DNA of 64,000 bases from an uncultured bacterium (GTDB taxonomy: Bacteria > Hydrothermota > UBA3073 > NMUJ01 > CBEVQO01). Under the pieces are notes generated by a model. That model made no database searches and was not told the origin of the DNA. It saw only the letters and a list, made by a program, of their open reading frames with translations. The stretch lies in the NCBI GenBank assembly GCA_965552055.1, contig CBEVQO010000001.1, forward strand, positions 32,001 to 96,000. The letters run 5' to 3'. Shown here one piece after another: positions 25,643-36,593 of the stretch (its first letter is position 1; each line of letters opens with the position of its first letter). Position numbers and translations under genes: made by a program.

Positions 25643-26078
25643 CTTCTACCTCCACTTCGATTATTTTTGGCTTTTTCTTTCTAAATCTTATTTTGAAAAT
25701 GCCGTTTATATTTTCTATTTCACAGGTTGATTCTATTTTACAAGGTAACTTTATGTATCTGCTGAAACTACCGAAGGGTATTTCCATCTTATGGCATCTT
25801 CCTTTTTGTAAGGGAGGAAGTGGAAACAATCTCTGTCCCCAGATATGCAATACATTTTTATCGTTTATAGAAATGTTTATATCTTCTGGGTCAACACCTG
25901 GCAACTCCAAAAGCAAAATTATTTCTTCTGGTGTTTCATAAAGGTCTGTGGAAGGCGAAAATGTTTTTTCGATAAAAGCAGGCAACCTGTGATGGAAAAA
26001 AGTTTCAAAAATGGTTTCTATTTCTTTGTGAGCTTCTTCAATTATACGCAAAATATTTTTTGTAATCCTATCAGCCAT
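25635..26078 (-). CDS. Hsp20/alpha-crystallin small heat-shock protein
   Basis: PSTDLYET, ELPGVDPEDI, MEIPFGSFSRYIKLP, NGIFKI. Confidence 0.9.
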   Translation of the reverse strand: MADRITKNILRIIEEAHKEIETIFETFFHHRLPAFIEKTFSPSTDLYETPEEIILLLELPGVDPEDINISINDKNVLHIWGQRLFPLPPLQKGRCHKMEIPFGSFSRYIKLPCKIESTCEIENINGIFKIRFRKKKPKIIEVEVEDD

Positions 26079-26083
26079 CAATT

Positions 26084-26110
26084 ATTTTAATCACTTTTTG
26101 TGGATGTCAA
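26084..26110 (-). promoter_or_regulatory. hsp20-lon promoter TTGACA-N15-TAAAAT, leaderless
   Basis: TAAAAT-aattg-ATG(26078), no SD. Confidence 0.75.
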
Positions 26111-26124
26111 CAAATTTCATTGGT

Positions 26125-26985
26125 TCAATCGTAACCAAATTGTTTTAGTAAAAATTTATTTTTACGCCAGCCTTTTTTAACTTTTACCCAGAGCTCAAGA
26201 TAAACAGGATGATTTAAAAATATTTCAATATCCCTTCTTGCTTCTATCCCGAGTTTTTTAATCGCTCTTCCGTCTTTTCCTATCAATATTGCTTTTTCGC
26301 CTTCTGTCTCAACATAAATCGTTGCTTTTATGTAATATTTCCCGGGTTTCTCCTGAAATTCATCTATTACCACGGTGGATGCATAGGGAACTTCCTGACC
26401 ATAAAGTTTGAATATCTTTTCTCTTATTATTTCCGCTACAAAAAAGCGTTCATCACGGTCAGAAACCTGATCCTCGGGATAATAAGGTTCTCTCTCCGGC
26501 AAATATTTTATTATCACATTTAAAAGGTCATCTATATTCGTCCCATAAAGTGCAGATATCGGCACTACTTCTTTCACCCATTCATATTTGCTATAAGATT
26601 CAATCAATGGAAGTAAAGACTCTTTTCTTTTCATAAGGTCTATTTTATTTATCGCAACTATTACATTATGTTCTTTTAATTTCTGTAGCAGTTCATCTTC
26701 GAACTGGAACGGTTCAACCATAAGAATTACAATGTCAACTCCTTCCAGTGCTTCAAAAGCAGTTTTTACCATTATTTTTTGTAATTCATAGGAAGGTTTA
26801 AAAATACCCGGAGTATCAACAAATATTATCTGTGCATCCTCTCTATTTAAAATGCCTACTATTTTGTGGCGCGTGGTTTGAGGTTTTGGAGTAACAGCGC
26901 TTAATTTCATTCCAAGTAAAAAATTCATAAGGGTAGACTTACCGACATTTGGTCTCCCTACAATTGTTACAAAGCCCGATTTCAT
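26125..26985 (-). CDS. era: GTPase Era
   Basis: GRPNVGKST, PQTTR, DTPG, NKID, KH domain. Confidence 0.97.
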   Translation of the reverse strand: MKSGFVTIVGRPNVGKSTLMNFLLGMKLSAVTPKPQTTRHKIVGILNREDAQIIFVDTPGIFKPSYELQKIMVKTAFEALEGVDIVILMVEPFQFEDELLQKLKEHNVIVAINKIDLMKRKESLLPLIESYSKYEWVKEVVPISALYGTNIDDLLNVIIKYLPEREPYYPEDQVSDRDERFFVAEIIREKIFKLYGQEVPYASTVVIDEFQEKPGKYYIKATIYVETEGEKAILIGKDGRAIKKLGIEARRDIEIFLNHPVYLELWVKVKKGWRKNKFLLKQFGYD

Positions 26986-27579
26986 TTATTCCTCCGAAAA
27001 TTTTTCAATAACTTCTGATTTCTTCTTCTCAAGGCTACTTAAAACTTTCTGGATTTGTGGTTTTAATTTTTCCGGTGCCGCACCTTTTCGAAGCAACCTC
27101 ATTGCACTGTTTATCTCAGCGAGCAATATTCTTAATTTTTCAACATCTCCTTCAACCGGTTTTGACAAAATCTGCATCGCCTCTGCCAAAACATTTTCAT
27201 CCACATAATACTGGGGAATCAGTTCTTCTATTTTTTGCAACAATTTCTTTTTATCAAATGGCTTTACAAGATAACCTTCTGCTCCCAATGTAAGTGCCGT
27301 CTGTACATCTGATAGCTCTTTTTTTGCTGTCACCATAATAACAGGTATTTTGGCGGTTTCCGCTGCCTCTTTCAATAATTTTAAAAGTTCAAGACCACTC
27401 ATACCGGGCAACATTATGTCAAGCAGTAAAACTTCGGGAGGATTTTTTTGTAAATGCGGGAGAGCTTCTTCAGCTGTATGAAAAATATTGACGATATAAC
27501 CTTCTTTTTCGAGTGTGAGTTTTAGCATGTGTGCAAGTGATACATCATCTTCAACTATAACTATTCTCTCCCTTACCAT
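26986..27579 (-). CDS. Response regulator (receiver domain plus short helical C-terminus)
   Basis: IVEDD, LLDIMLPGMSG, MVTA, YLVKPF. Confidence 0.9.
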   Translation of the reverse strand: MVRERIVIVEDDVSLAHMLKLTLEKEGYIVNIFHTAEEALPHLQKNPPEVLLLDIMLPGMSGLELLKLLKEAAETAKIPVIMVTAKKELSDVQTALTLGAEGYLVKPFDKKKLLQKIEELIPQYYVDENVLAEAMQILSKPVEGDVEKLRILLAEINSAMRLLRKGAAPEKLKPQIQKVLSSLEKKKSEVIEKFSEE

Positions 27580-28508
27580 TATGCAGGTTTACCCGACAGA
27601 AGATAAAATATTGCCATACGCACAGCTACACCGTTTGTAACCTGAGATAGAATCAGAGATTTTTCACCATCTGCAACATCTGGTGCTAACTCAACCCCTC
27701 GATTTACGGGCCCGGGATGCATTATGACAGCACCTTTTTTCATCTTCGCAACGACATCTTTTGTTATGGAATAAAACTTTATGTATTCTCTTAAAGATGG
27801 GAACAGACCTTGACGCTGTCTTTCTTTTTGGATTCTCAAAACATAGATTACATCTTTATCTTTTATCGCTTCGTGCAGGTCATAATAAACTTTCACACCG
27901 GTTTTTTCGATACCATAAGGTATAAGTGTAGGAGGTCCGCATACCGATACTTTTGCACCCATTTTTGTCATCCCCCAGATGTTTGAACGAGCAACCCTTG
28001 AATGCAAAATATCACCCACTATTAAAATCTCAAGCCCATCAAGTGTGCCAAATTTCTCCTTTATCGTCAAAATATCTAACAATGCCTGAGTTGGATGCTC
28101 ATGGCAGCCGTCTCCTGCATTTATTACAGAAGCCTTTAAATGACGGGCAAGAAGATGGGGAGCACCTGGTGAAGAATGCCTCACTATTACAAAATCCACT
28201 TTCATAGCTTCAAGGTTCTTTGCGGTATCAAGCAATGTCTCTCCTTTCAGCACACTTGAAGACGAAGCAGAAACACTTACAACATTTGCAGAAAGTGAAC
28301 GCGCTGCTAAACTAAAAGAGTTAAGTGTTCGAGTGCTCGGCTCAAAAAACAGCATACAAGCAGTTTTACCTCGCAAATATGGTACAACTTTTATTGGTCT
28401 TTGAAGAATCTCTTTAAAAGATTTCGCCGTCTCGCAAATAAGTTCTATTTCTTCACGGGAAAGTTCTTTTATCCCTAAGAGGTCTTTTCTCCTGAATTCT
28501 CTTTGCAT
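27579..28508 (-). CDS. pyrB: Aspartate carbamoyltransferase catalytic subunit
   Basis: FFEPSTRT, NAGDGCHEHPTQALLD, HPGPVNRGVE. Confidence 0.97.
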   Translation of the reverse strand: MQREFRRKDLLGIKELSREEIELICETAKSFKEILQRPIKVVPYLRGKTACMLFFEPSTRTLNSFSLAARSLSANVVSVSASSSSVLKGETLLDTAKNLEAMKVDFVIVRHSSPGAPHLLARHLKASVINAGDGCHEHPTQALLDILTIKEKFGTLDGLEILIVGDILHSRVARSNIWGMTKMGAKVSVCGPPTLIPYGIEKTGVKVYYDLHEAIKDKDVIYVLRIQKERQRQGLFPSLREYIKFYSITKDVVAKMKKGAVIMHPGPVNRGVELAPDVADGEKSLILSQVTNGVAVRMAIFYLLSGKPA

Positions 28509-29026
28509 TTGCGCTTTACAATACGGACTTCATCCTTACCATCAAGTTCTTTTACACAAACTTCCACTATTTCATCCTGTGTTGTTTTGACAAATTTACC
28601 AACATAATCAGGACAAATTGGCAACTCTCTATGCCCTCTATCTATCAGACAACACAATCTTATCCTTTTTGGACGACCAAGGTCAGCGAGCTCCGTTAAA
28701 GCAGCTCTTATCGTCCTGCCAGTATAAATTACATCATCAACAAGAATTACAACTTTATCGTCGATATTAAAAGGTATTTCCGTACCGTGAACAACAGGCT
28801 TTTTATCGATAGTTGTTAAATCATCTCTATAAAGCGTTATATCTATGCTTCCGATTTCTATTTTTTTACCTGCTTTTTTCATATAATCTGCAAGGCGTTT
28901 CGCAAGAATATCTCCTCTCCTTTTTATACCAATAACACAAAGATTATTTTCTCCTTCATTTTTTATTATATTTTCCGCTAATTCAGCAAGAGAATGCTCG
29001 ATTTCTTCGGCTGTCATTATAAGCAC
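28475..29026 (-). CDS. pyrR: Bifunctional pyr regulator/uracil phosphoribosyltransferase
   Basis: IDITLYRDD, LVDDVIYTGRTIRAA, DRGHRELPI; AAGGAGGT before GTG 29026. Confidence 0.95.
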   Translation of the reverse strand: MLIMTAEEIEHSLAELAENIIKNEGENNLCVIGIKRRGDILAKRLADYMKKAGKKIEIGSIDITLYRDDLTTIDKKPVVHGTEIPFNIDDKVVILVDDVIYTGRTIRAALTELADLGRPKRIRLCCLIDRGHRELPICPDYVGKFVKTTQDEIVEVCVKELDGKDEVRIVKRKCKENSGEKTS

Positions 29027-29027
29027 T

Positions 29028-30548
29028 TCACCTCCTTTGTGTGTAAACATAAGTTATCAAATCATCCAAAGTTTTTACCCTGTCTAAAATCTCTTTTGCT
29101 TTTTTAACCATTTCGTCGTCTTTCAACATCGCTTTATATTTCCCCTTTATACCGCTAATACATTCAGATAACTCCATTTCTAAAGTCCTCTTTATAAAAG
29201 GCTTTGCTTCATTAAAATCTTTTTCGGAATATTCAAAATCTTTCCTCTTTAAAAATGCTCTGAAATCATCAAAAATTTCTTCTGTGATCTCGATTTCCCT
29301 TTCTTCTTTTAACTCCTCATGTTTCGAAGTATAATATCCTGCGAAATCTATGAATAGTCCTTTTCTTGCGATTTTATCAACAATTTGCGGAACCTTTGGC
29401 ATTTTCATCACAATATCAGGGATTATAGCACCCCCTCCTTTCCTTTTTATTTTATATTTGCCAAAACTCTCAAACTCCTTACCTGCCGTGGGATTCCTCA
29501 AAAGATATTTCGTCGTATCTGTTTTATCAATGCATCTACCACATGGCGTATAATACCTTGCAGTTGTTAATTTTATCGCTTCTGTCCAGCTTATTCTGTA
29601 AATGTTTTGCACAGAACCTTTGCCGAAAGTCGTATCACCAATTAAAATACCTTTCTCCCAGTCCTGCACCGCCCCCGCAACTATCTCCGAAGCACTTGCA
29701 CTACCTCTATCTACCAGAATTACAAGAGGCTCATCATCGATGAGTGAAGGAGAGTTTGCCCGATACTCCCTGTAAGAATTTCTACCTTTTGTAAAAACTA
29801 TAATTTTGCCAGAATCAATAAAATTATCCGCAACTTTTACAGCTTCATCAAGAAGTCCTCCCGGATTTCCCCTCAAATCGAGGATAAATTTCTTTGCTCC
29901 TTCTTTTTTCAATTCTAAAATAGCATTTTTTACTTCTTTACCTGCACCTCTTATAAATTGGGATAATCTTATATAGCCTATATCTTTACCAACTTTGCCA
30001 TAGTATGGCACTGCTTTCAATTTTATCATTTCTCTTATTAGTGTAACATCAAAGGGTTCTAAATCTCCTCTTTTTATCGTAATGGTAATTTTTGTCCCTG
30101 GTTCTCCTCTCATCTTTGAAACAGCTTCATCAAGTGATATTCCTTTTGCAGATTCTCCGTTGATTTTTATTATTTTATCACCAGACCTTATTCCTGCTCT
30201 GTATGCAGGTGTGCCTTCTATTGGCGCTACCACTGTAACCCAATCACCGATTTTTGTGATTATTATACCAAGTCCGCCATACTTTCCTTTTGTCTTTATT
30301 TCAAGCTCTTTTAACGCTTTTTCATCAAGGTATGCAGAATGAGGGTCAAGTGAAGAAAGCATACCCTTTATCGCTTCTTTTATTAACTTATCTGAATCAA
30401 CATCCTCAACATAGTAAAGCTTTACATATCTAAAAACTCTCTCAAAAAGTCTCAGTGACTGATAAACATTTGTGGAAGCCCATATGATGAAACTAAAAGA
30501 AAAAATCAAAAATAAACTTAAAATTATTTTTTTAAACTTTGTAGCCAT
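29028..30548 (-). CDS. ctpA: S41 carboxyl-terminal processing protease
   Basis: LDPHS, PDZ domain, DLRGNPGGLL, SASASEI, TFGKGSVQ. Confidence 0.93.
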   Translation of the reverse strand: MATKFKKIILSLFLIFSFSFIIWASTNVYQSLRLFERVFRYVKLYYVEDVDSDKLIKEAIKGMLSSLDPHSAYLDEKALKELEIKTKGKYGGLGIIITKIGDWVTVVAPIEGTPAYRAGIRSGDKIIKINGESAKGISLDEAVSKMRGEPGTKITITIKRGDLEPFDVTLIREMIKLKAVPYYGKVGKDIGYIRLSQFIRGAGKEVKNAILELKKEGAKKFILDLRGNPGGLLDEAVKVADNFIDSGKIIVFTKGRNSYREYRANSPSLIDDEPLVILVDRGSASASEIVAGAVQDWEKGILIGDTTFGKGSVQNIYRISWTEAIKLTTARYYTPCGRCIDKTDTTKYLLRNPTAGKEFESFGKYKIKRKGGGAIIPDIVMKMPKVPQIVDKIARKGLFIDFAGYYTSKHEELKEEREIEITEEIFDDFRAFLKRKDFEYSEKDFNEAKPFIKRTLEMELSECISGIKGKYKAMLKDDEMVKKAKEILDRVKTLDDLITYVYTQRR

Positions 30549-31158
30549 GGTTTTTCAAAAACTCTTCCACAATGGAAATAACTTCTTTTTTCAATTCGTC
30601 GAGTGATTTTGATGCATCGAGTATCTTAATTCTACCAGGTGACTCTTTTGCGAGTCTCAGATATTCTACTCTAACTGCTCTGTGGAATTCTATATTTTCG
30701 CTTTCGATTCTATCCTTCTGGCGTATGCGCTTTAGAGCTTTATCAGGTGGCACATCCAGCAGTATCGTGAGGTCAGGCGTAATACCCGAAGTTGCAATTT
30801 TATTTAATTCTTTCAATGTGCCTTTCGGAAGATGCCTTCCACCGCCCTGATAAGCTATTGTAGCATCGGAGTATCTATCGGATATCACCACTTTATTTTC
30901 TTTCAACGCAGGTTTTATTATTTCTTCAACATGTTGAGCCCTGTCCGCAAGATAAAGAAAGAGCTCGGTCAAGGGATTCATCTGATTATGCACATCAAGT
31001 ATCAGTTCCCTGATTTTCTGAGTAAGTCGAGTCCCCCCGGGTTCCTTTGTCAAAACACAATTTATCCCTTTAGATTTCAAGTAGTCGTATAGGAATTTTG
31101 CCAATGTGCTTTTACCGCTTCCTTCTATTCCTTCAAAAGTAATGAGCAGTCCTGGCAT
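30532..31158 (-). CDS. tmk: Thymidylate kinase
   Basis: FEGIEGSGKST, KEPGGT, SDRYSDATIAYQG. Confidence 0.97.
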   Translation of the reverse strand: MPGLLITFEGIEGSGKSTLAKFLYDYLKSKGINCVLTKEPGGTRLTQKIRELILDVHNQMNPLTELFLYLADRAQHVEEIIKPALKENKVVISDRYSDATIAYQGGGRHLPKGTLKELNKIATSGITPDLTILLDVPPDKALKRIRQKDRIESENIEFHRAVRVEYLRLAKESPGRIKILDASKSLDELKKEVISIVEEFLKNHGYKV

Positions 31159-32258
31159 CAAGAGGAAACCTTCTCCTCTGCGAGTTTGCCGTATTTCTCT
31201 ATAAATTCTTCAACCTTGCGCTTCGCTATCTCATCCGGGAATTGTACCGGCGGTGATTTCATGAAGTAAGAGGATGGACCTATTAATGGTCCGCCTATTC
31301 CGTTATCCAGAGCGATTTTGCATGCTCTTATGGCATCTATTACAACACCAGCAGAGTTCGGCGAATCCCATACTTCGAGTTTCAGCTCAATATTTAAAGG
31401 AACACCACCAAAAGATTTTCCTTCTAATCTTATGAATGCGAATTTCCTATCTTTGAGCCATGCAACGAAATCCGAAGGTCCGATATAAATATTTTCTCCT
31501 TCCATACCATCCGGTAAGAGTGATGTAACCGCCTGGGTCTTGGATTTCCTCTTTGACGCTAATCTTTCTCTTTCAAGCATATTTAAGAAATCCGTATTTC
31601 CTCCCACATTCAATTGATATGTCCTTTCGAGTTTCACGCCTCTATCGTTGAATAAACTTACCAGCGTTCTGTGTACGATTGTAGCTCCTACCTGTGATTT
31701 TATATCATCACCAACAACAGGTACCCCTGCTTCTTCAAATCTCTTTGCCCACTCTTCGTTGCTCGCGATAAATACAGGAATGCAGTTTACAAAACCAACA
31801 CCTGCTTCCAGAGCTTTCTGGGCATACCACTTTGTAGCCTCTTCGCTACCGACAGGCAAAAAGTTAACCAGTACATCTGTCTCTGTTTCTTTTAGCACCT
31901 TTACGATGTCAACAGGCTCATCATCGGATGGTATCACAACATCCTTCAAATATTTTCCGATACTATCCTTCACTTCTCCTCTCATCACTTTCACACCTGT
32001 TTTCGGCACATCGCAGAACTTGTAAGTATTGTTGGGAGGAGTAAATATCGCATCCGCAAGGTCTAACCCAACCTTGTTCCTGTCTATATCGAACGCACAC
32101 GAGAACTCAATATCTCCAATGTGATAGGGCCCAAAAAGAACATGCATTATCCCTGGTATTTTTTCATCCGGACGAGCATCCCTGTAATAATGAACTCCCT
32201 GAACCAAACTTGAAGCACAATTCCCAACCCCTACGATTCCAACGCGTATTTTCGGCAT
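31158..32258 (-). CDS. ino1: myo-inositol-1-phosphate synthase
   Basis: [39 protein letters not shown]. Confidence 0.95.
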   Translation of the reverse strand: MPKIRVGIVGVGNCASSLVQGVHYYRDARPDEKIPGIMHVLFGPYHIGDIEFSCAFDIDRNKVGLDLADAIFTPPNNTYKFCDVPKTGVKVMRGEVKDSIGKYLKDVVIPSDDEPVDIVKVLKETETDVLVNFLPVGSEEATKWYAQKALEAGVGFVNCIPVFIASNEEWAKRFEEAGVPVVGDDIKSQVGATIVHRTLVSLFNDRGVKLERTYQLNVGGNTDFLNMLERERLASKRKSKTQAVTSLLPDGMEGENIYIGPSDFVAWLKDRKFAFIRLEGKSFGGVPLNIELKLEVWDSPNSAGVVIDAIRACKIALDNGIGGPLIGPSSYFMKSPPVQFPDEIAKRKVEEFIEKYGKLAEEKVSS

Positions 32259-32295
32259 ATCCCCTCCTTCTTACACTAACCCTTATAAATCGTAA

Positions 32296-32323
32296 ATTAT
32301 AATCAAAATTACAGATTTGTCAA
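32296..32323 (-). promoter_or_regulatory. Promoter TTGACA-N16-TATAAT of the ino1-tmk-ctpA-pyrRB-era unit
   Basis: Read directly; the only 16-bp spacer found. Confidence 0.75.
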
Positions 32324-32330
32324 GCAAAAA

Positions 32331-33893
32331 TTATGACTTTTTCAAAGAATGATAAATAGTAAAAAACGCAAGCAAAAGCAAAATTAAACTTATTGAAAAT
32401 AAGTAATAAACCTCTGTTTTATAAAAATCAATTGCTTCCAGTATCAATGCCGTAATTGTAACTGCGAACATAAAAATCGAGGGTAAAAGCGTGTAAATTG
32501 CTCTTTTCCTTTGATTCATCAAATAAACGCTCACCACAAGTAAAGCTATCGCAGCTACAAGCTGATTCGAAGCACCAAAAACAGGCCATATTTTCTTATA
32601 AGCACCGGTAGCAAGTAAACCGGCAAGGAATACTATTATCCCTGTGCTTAAAAATCTATTCCTTATTTTAAATAATTCCTCGCCTATGTATCGCGTTATC
32701 CTTGTTGCGGTATCCAGAGTAGTAAGCACAAAGGCATTTAACATCGTCATCCCAACAAAACTTCCAAGACCTAAAAGAACAGGTTTTGTCACCCTGCCGA
32801 AACCTTCGCCAAATGTATAAATCCAGCCTTTTTCGCTCATTAACGAAAGATAAGTAGCCCAGGAAAGACCAGCCGACACACTCAAAAGAGCAAGAATAGA
32901 TAGTGCACTTTCTGCAAGCATAGCACCATAGCCTATCTTTTGAGCATCATATTCTGAAGGTAATTGCTTAGATGTAGTACCACTCGAAACAAGCGAATGA
33001 AAACCAGAAATTGCACCACAGGCAATTATAACCATGAGCATAGGAAAGAGAGGACCTTTCGCACTCATAAACCCTGTAAAAGCAGGTGCTTTTATCACAG
33101 GATGAGTTATAAGTAAACCCACAAAACCTACAAGTATCCCAAAGAAAAGAATAGAAGTGGATAAATAATCACGGGGTTGCAGCAAAATATTAACGGGTAT
33201 TATTGCAGCAAAATAGGCATATATCAGAAGAATAAAAGTCCAGATTTTTGCATTCCATATTTTTACAGGAAATTTAACACCCGTAATGATTAAAAGAAAC
33301 AAAATAGCAAATCCAAGGATGGAAGCAAATCCAAGGTTCATTTTATATCTGTAAATCAAAATGCCTATAAAAATAGCAAGGGGTATTAACCCGAAAGTCG
33401 GTATAACAATTTGGGGTGCTTCCTGTAAGGTTTTCCCGGCTACTGCGGCAAACACTGCCATAACAAGGATTAAAGAAAGCCAGATAAACCCTGCAAACGC
33501 CACTCTAACTGCTCTGCCCATAACACTTTCTGATACATCTGCTATTGATTTGCCCTGATGACGCAAAGAAATCATCAAAGATGAAAAATCATGCACAGCT
33601 CCAATTACAATAGCACCTATTATGAGCCAGATAGCACAGGGTAACCAGCCCCATATTGCACACGCAATAACAGGACCAAGTATAGGACCAGCACCTGCAA
33701 TCGAAGCAAAATGATGACCAAAAAGCATCAACCAGTGACGAGCAGGAACATAATCAATACCATCATAAAACTTCTTAGATGGCACTTCTTTATCAGCCGA
33801 TAATTCAAAAACCTTTGCCAATTTTTTACCGTAAAATCTATATCCCAGGATATAAAAGACAACCGCAATTAATACGATTGTAAGTGAATTCAT
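32331..33893 (-). CDS. cstA: Carbon starvation protein A family transporter
   Basis: FGHHFASIAGAGPILGP, ACGAISGFHS, TTLDTATR, WPVFGASNQL. Confidence 0.95.
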   Translation of the reverse strand: MNSLTIVLIAVVFYILGYRFYGKKLAKVFELSADKEVPSKKFYDGIDYVPARHWLMLFGHHFASIAGAGPILGPVIACAIWGWLPCAIWLIIGAIVIGAVHDFSSLMISLRHQGKSIADVSESVMGRAVRVAFAGFIWLSLILVMAVFAAVAGKTLQEAPQIVIPTFGLIPLAIFIGILIYRYKMNLGFASILGFAILFLLIITGVKFPVKIWNAKIWTFILLIYAYFAAIIPVNILLQPRDYLSTSILFFGILVGFVGLLITHPVIKAPAFTGFMSAKGPLFPMLMVIIACGAISGFHSLVSSGTTSKQLPSEYDAQKIGYGAMLAESALSILALLSVSAGLSWATYLSLMSEKGWIYTFGEGFGRVTKPVLLGLGSFVGMTMLNAFVLTTLDTATRITRYIGEELFKIRNRFLSTGIIVFLAGLLATGAYKKIWPVFGASNQLVAAIALLVVSVYLMNQRKRAIYTLLPSIFMFAVTITALILEAIDFYKTEVYYLFSISLILLLLAFFTIYHSLKKS

Positions 33894-36592
33894 TATTTTA
33901 TTATCACGACCTTGCGAATGAGTTTATGCTGAGGAGTCGTCATTTTCACAAAGTACACACCCGATGGCAAGTCTTCAATATTCAATTTTATCACATAACT
34001 TGACTTTTCTGACTTACCTCCAAACACTTCTTTCACTTTTCTACCGTTTACATCATACATATTAATCTTGACTTCTTCTCCTGTTTTTGCACTAAATTTA
34101 ACAACGAGCTCTTTTCCAGCGGGATTTGTAACCTGCAATTTGACACCGGATGGAAGATTTTCTCCCAAACTCACAACTTTAATGGTTTCAGAAAGCGTAT
34201 CATTTGCATGATTTATATCTTCCGGTAAATTCGTTATAAGATAAGCAATGTAATTCCCGGTATCTGATGGTGATGTGAAAACGAATTTCACCTCACCGGT
34301 ATCATTTGCATCAAGCAAAATATTTTGCGAATCCCTAACAATTTCGTGTAGTTGTAAATCCTTGAGGATAAATTCCACAGGTATAGTTGCTTCTATTTCA
34401 CCATTTTGGGCAACAGATGTTTTTACCGTGCAACTAACATTAGGAGGAATTTCTGTTACTTTTATGGATACAGGAAATGCATCAACTCTTGGTTCTCTAA
34501 CATAAAATGTTGAAGTTAAAGAATCGTTTGTGGTGTTTGTATCCAGATTATCACCCATATTCACTTTAACTTTTATAGTGTAAGTTCCAACATTTTGGGG
34601 TATCCATTCTTTAAATTTGATTTCTCTTTCTTCTCCCGGCAATAAACCGACGACTAGTGTGCTATCTGTATAAATCTTTGTAGCTCCTTCAAATATAAAA
34701 CATTCCGCAAGAGCAGATACACTTATATCCCCATTATTCCTTGCAATAAAGGATGGACAAAAGCCAACGCTCCTTGGCACAGAATCAGAAGGATAAGAAA
34801 TAAATAGCGCTTCTACATCGCTTTTACCTGTGCCAATACTTACTGCTTCTTTCTCCATGCAATCATTCAATGTATCAAGATTCGCTTCGGGATTTACAAT
34901 TATCCCTGCTTTTATTTTATAAACAATATTCGATTTATTTGCCGTATTAAACACAAAATCAACATCTTTAATATTAAGAGGCGGCAATGAAAGCACATCC
35001 TGTGTATCTATAACTATTAAAGAGTCGTTTTCATAAATTTCGCATTTCACTTTAAATGTTTGCGCAATATCCTGAGAATTATTTTTTACAGTAACTTTTA
35101 CAATATAAGTCGTATCCATCTTCAAAAGCGAAGGCAATGTTATCTGTTCAATCGAAGGGTCAAACAAGGAATAATATATTCTCAATTTTCTAAACACAGG
35201 GGTTAAATCTGCAGATTTTGTTACAAATTTTAATTTATACTGGAAATATCTACCCATTTTGACGATCGAAACTGTATCTGTAAGTGGCTTTTCCTCCCAA
35301 TCACACCAATTAGTAGCATCTTTTGCCGTTCTGTATGAAACATAAATCTCCTGCCCATTAGCATTAAAATCAGGGATTGCAAACATTATCGTATAAACAT
35401 CACCAATATCAATGATAGGAGAAACAAATACTCCGGTGGAGCAATAATTAGAAGAAGTCACTATTTCCGTAGCATAAGGATAGGGCAAAGGTCTAAATCC
35501 CAGATCTAAAGGATTTGCACCGTTTGTACAATAGAGATATCCTCTGTAATCATCTCCTCTCGGAGCAGCAATCTGAGAAGGTGGATATTTATCCCATGCA
35601 CTCAAAGTCCCTGCAGGTGAAACCATAGCCCTTAAAGTCGAAAAGTAAGTCAATTTACCATAATTAACCAGATCATAAATATAAACACCGCCGTAAATGA
35701 GTAATGCATTGCCGGTAGAAGACATCCAGTGAAACACTCTACCTGTATCATTTGGTGAACCAAAGATATAAGTTGAATCCCAGAAAGATATCGTATCATT
35801 AAGTATTTTCGCATAATAAACTTTATTATTTACAGGGTTATAAGGCATACCCGGGTCTTGTGTACCTCCTGTGACATAGAGATAACCCTTGGAGCATTCA
35901 AAAGTGATAAAGTAGGCAGCAACAGGCAAATCTCTAAGCTGAATCCAATCGCTCAAACTTCCATCAGCTAAAACCTTTGCACAATATAACTCTTTCCTTA
36001 CAGATGCACCATCATTACCGCCTCCGACAAATATTCTTTCACCATCAGTAGCCACACCCATAAAACGAAGAGCAACAGGTAAAGGCGTCGTCTCACGCCA
36101 TTCTCCAAAAGAATCACCTTCAAGTCTCGTATAATAAACTTTATTAGAAATACCTGTATTTGTCCCTCCTCCCAAAAGATAAAAGTATCCTCCGCACTTC
36201 ACAAAACCCATTCCCGATAACTCTACAGGTAATTGACGGTTTAAAACTTCCCAGTTTTTCATACTATCTCCTTTTACTTCACACCTTTGTACAGTATTTA
36301 AAATAATAGCCGAACTGACATCACCCGTATCTCCGCCAAATATATAAAATTTGTCATTATAAATCAGCATTGCAGGGAAGCGCGTAGGAATGGGAATAGA
36401 CTCGCATTGCAACCACGATGAACAGAGCTTCGCACTATCGTAATCTAACCTCAAAAAGAATGTATCAGTAACTGCATCTATACTAACATTGTCAAGATTA
36501 CCCGCAGAAAAATGAGAGAGACCCCCTATTTCCCTTTGCAAACCATAAACAGCACCTGCTAAAAAGAAAATAAAAACACAGAACTTCTTCAT
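33893..36592 (-). CDS. Exported Kelch-like propeller + CARDB/Ig protein with T9SS-type C-terminal domain
   Basis: Repeated YIFGG/YLLGG/FVGGG/YVTGG...W...LP; N...N.D CARDB ends; MYDVNGR...LPSGVYFV...KVVIIK. Confidence 0.78.
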   Translation of the reverse strand: MKKFCVFIFFLAGAVYGLQREIGGLSHFSAGNLDNVSIDAVTDTFFLRLDYDSAKLCSSWLQCESIPIPTRFPAMLIYNDKFYIFGGDTGDVSSAIILNTVQRCEVKGDSMKNWEVLNRQLPVELSGMGFVKCGGYFYLLGGGTNTGISNKVYYTRLEGDSFGEWRETTPLPVALRFMGVATDGERIFVGGGNDGASVRKELYCAKVLADGSLSDWIQLRDLPVAAYFITFECSKGYLYVTGGTQDPGMPYNPVNNKVYYAKILNDTISFWDSTYIFGSPNDTGRVFHWMSSTGNALLIYGGVYIYDLVNYGKLTYFSTLRAMVSPAGTLSAWDKYPPSQIAAPRGDDYRGYLYCTNGANPLDLGFRPLPYPYATEIVTSSNYCSTGVFVSPIIDIGDVYTIMFAIPDFNANGQEIYVSYRTAKDATNWCDWEEKPLTDTVSIVKMGRYFQYKLKFVTKSADLTPVFRKLRIYYSLFDPSIEQITLPSLLKMDTTYIVKVTVKNNSQDIAQTFKVKCEIYENDSLIVIDTQDVLSLPPLNIKDVDFVFNTANKSNIVYKIKAGIIVNPEANLDTLNDCMEKEAVSIGTGKSDVEALFISYPSDSVPRSVGFCPSFIARNNGDISVSALAECFIFEGATKIYTDSTLVVGLLPGEEREIKFKEWIPQNVGTYTIKVKVNMGDNLDTNTTNDSLTSTFYVREPRVDAFPVSIKVTEIPPNVSCTVKTSVAQNGEIEATIPVEFILKDLQLHEIVRDSQNILLDANDTGEVKFVFTSPSDTGNYIAYLITNLPEDINHANDTLSETIKVVSLGENLPSGVKLQVTNPAGKELVVKFSAKTGEEVKINMYDVNGRKVKEVFGGKSEKSSYVIKLNIEDLPSGVYFVKMTTPQHKLIRKVVIIK

Positions 36593-36593
36593 T

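Noticed and set aside
26079..26125. CIRCE/HrcA operator for hsp20-lon
   Set aside because: No TTAGCACTC-N9-GAGTGCTAA in the short intergenic region
28475..29060. PyrR attenuator leader
   Set aside because: pyrR is mid-operon, 1 nt from the ctpA stop; no leader or binding loop visible
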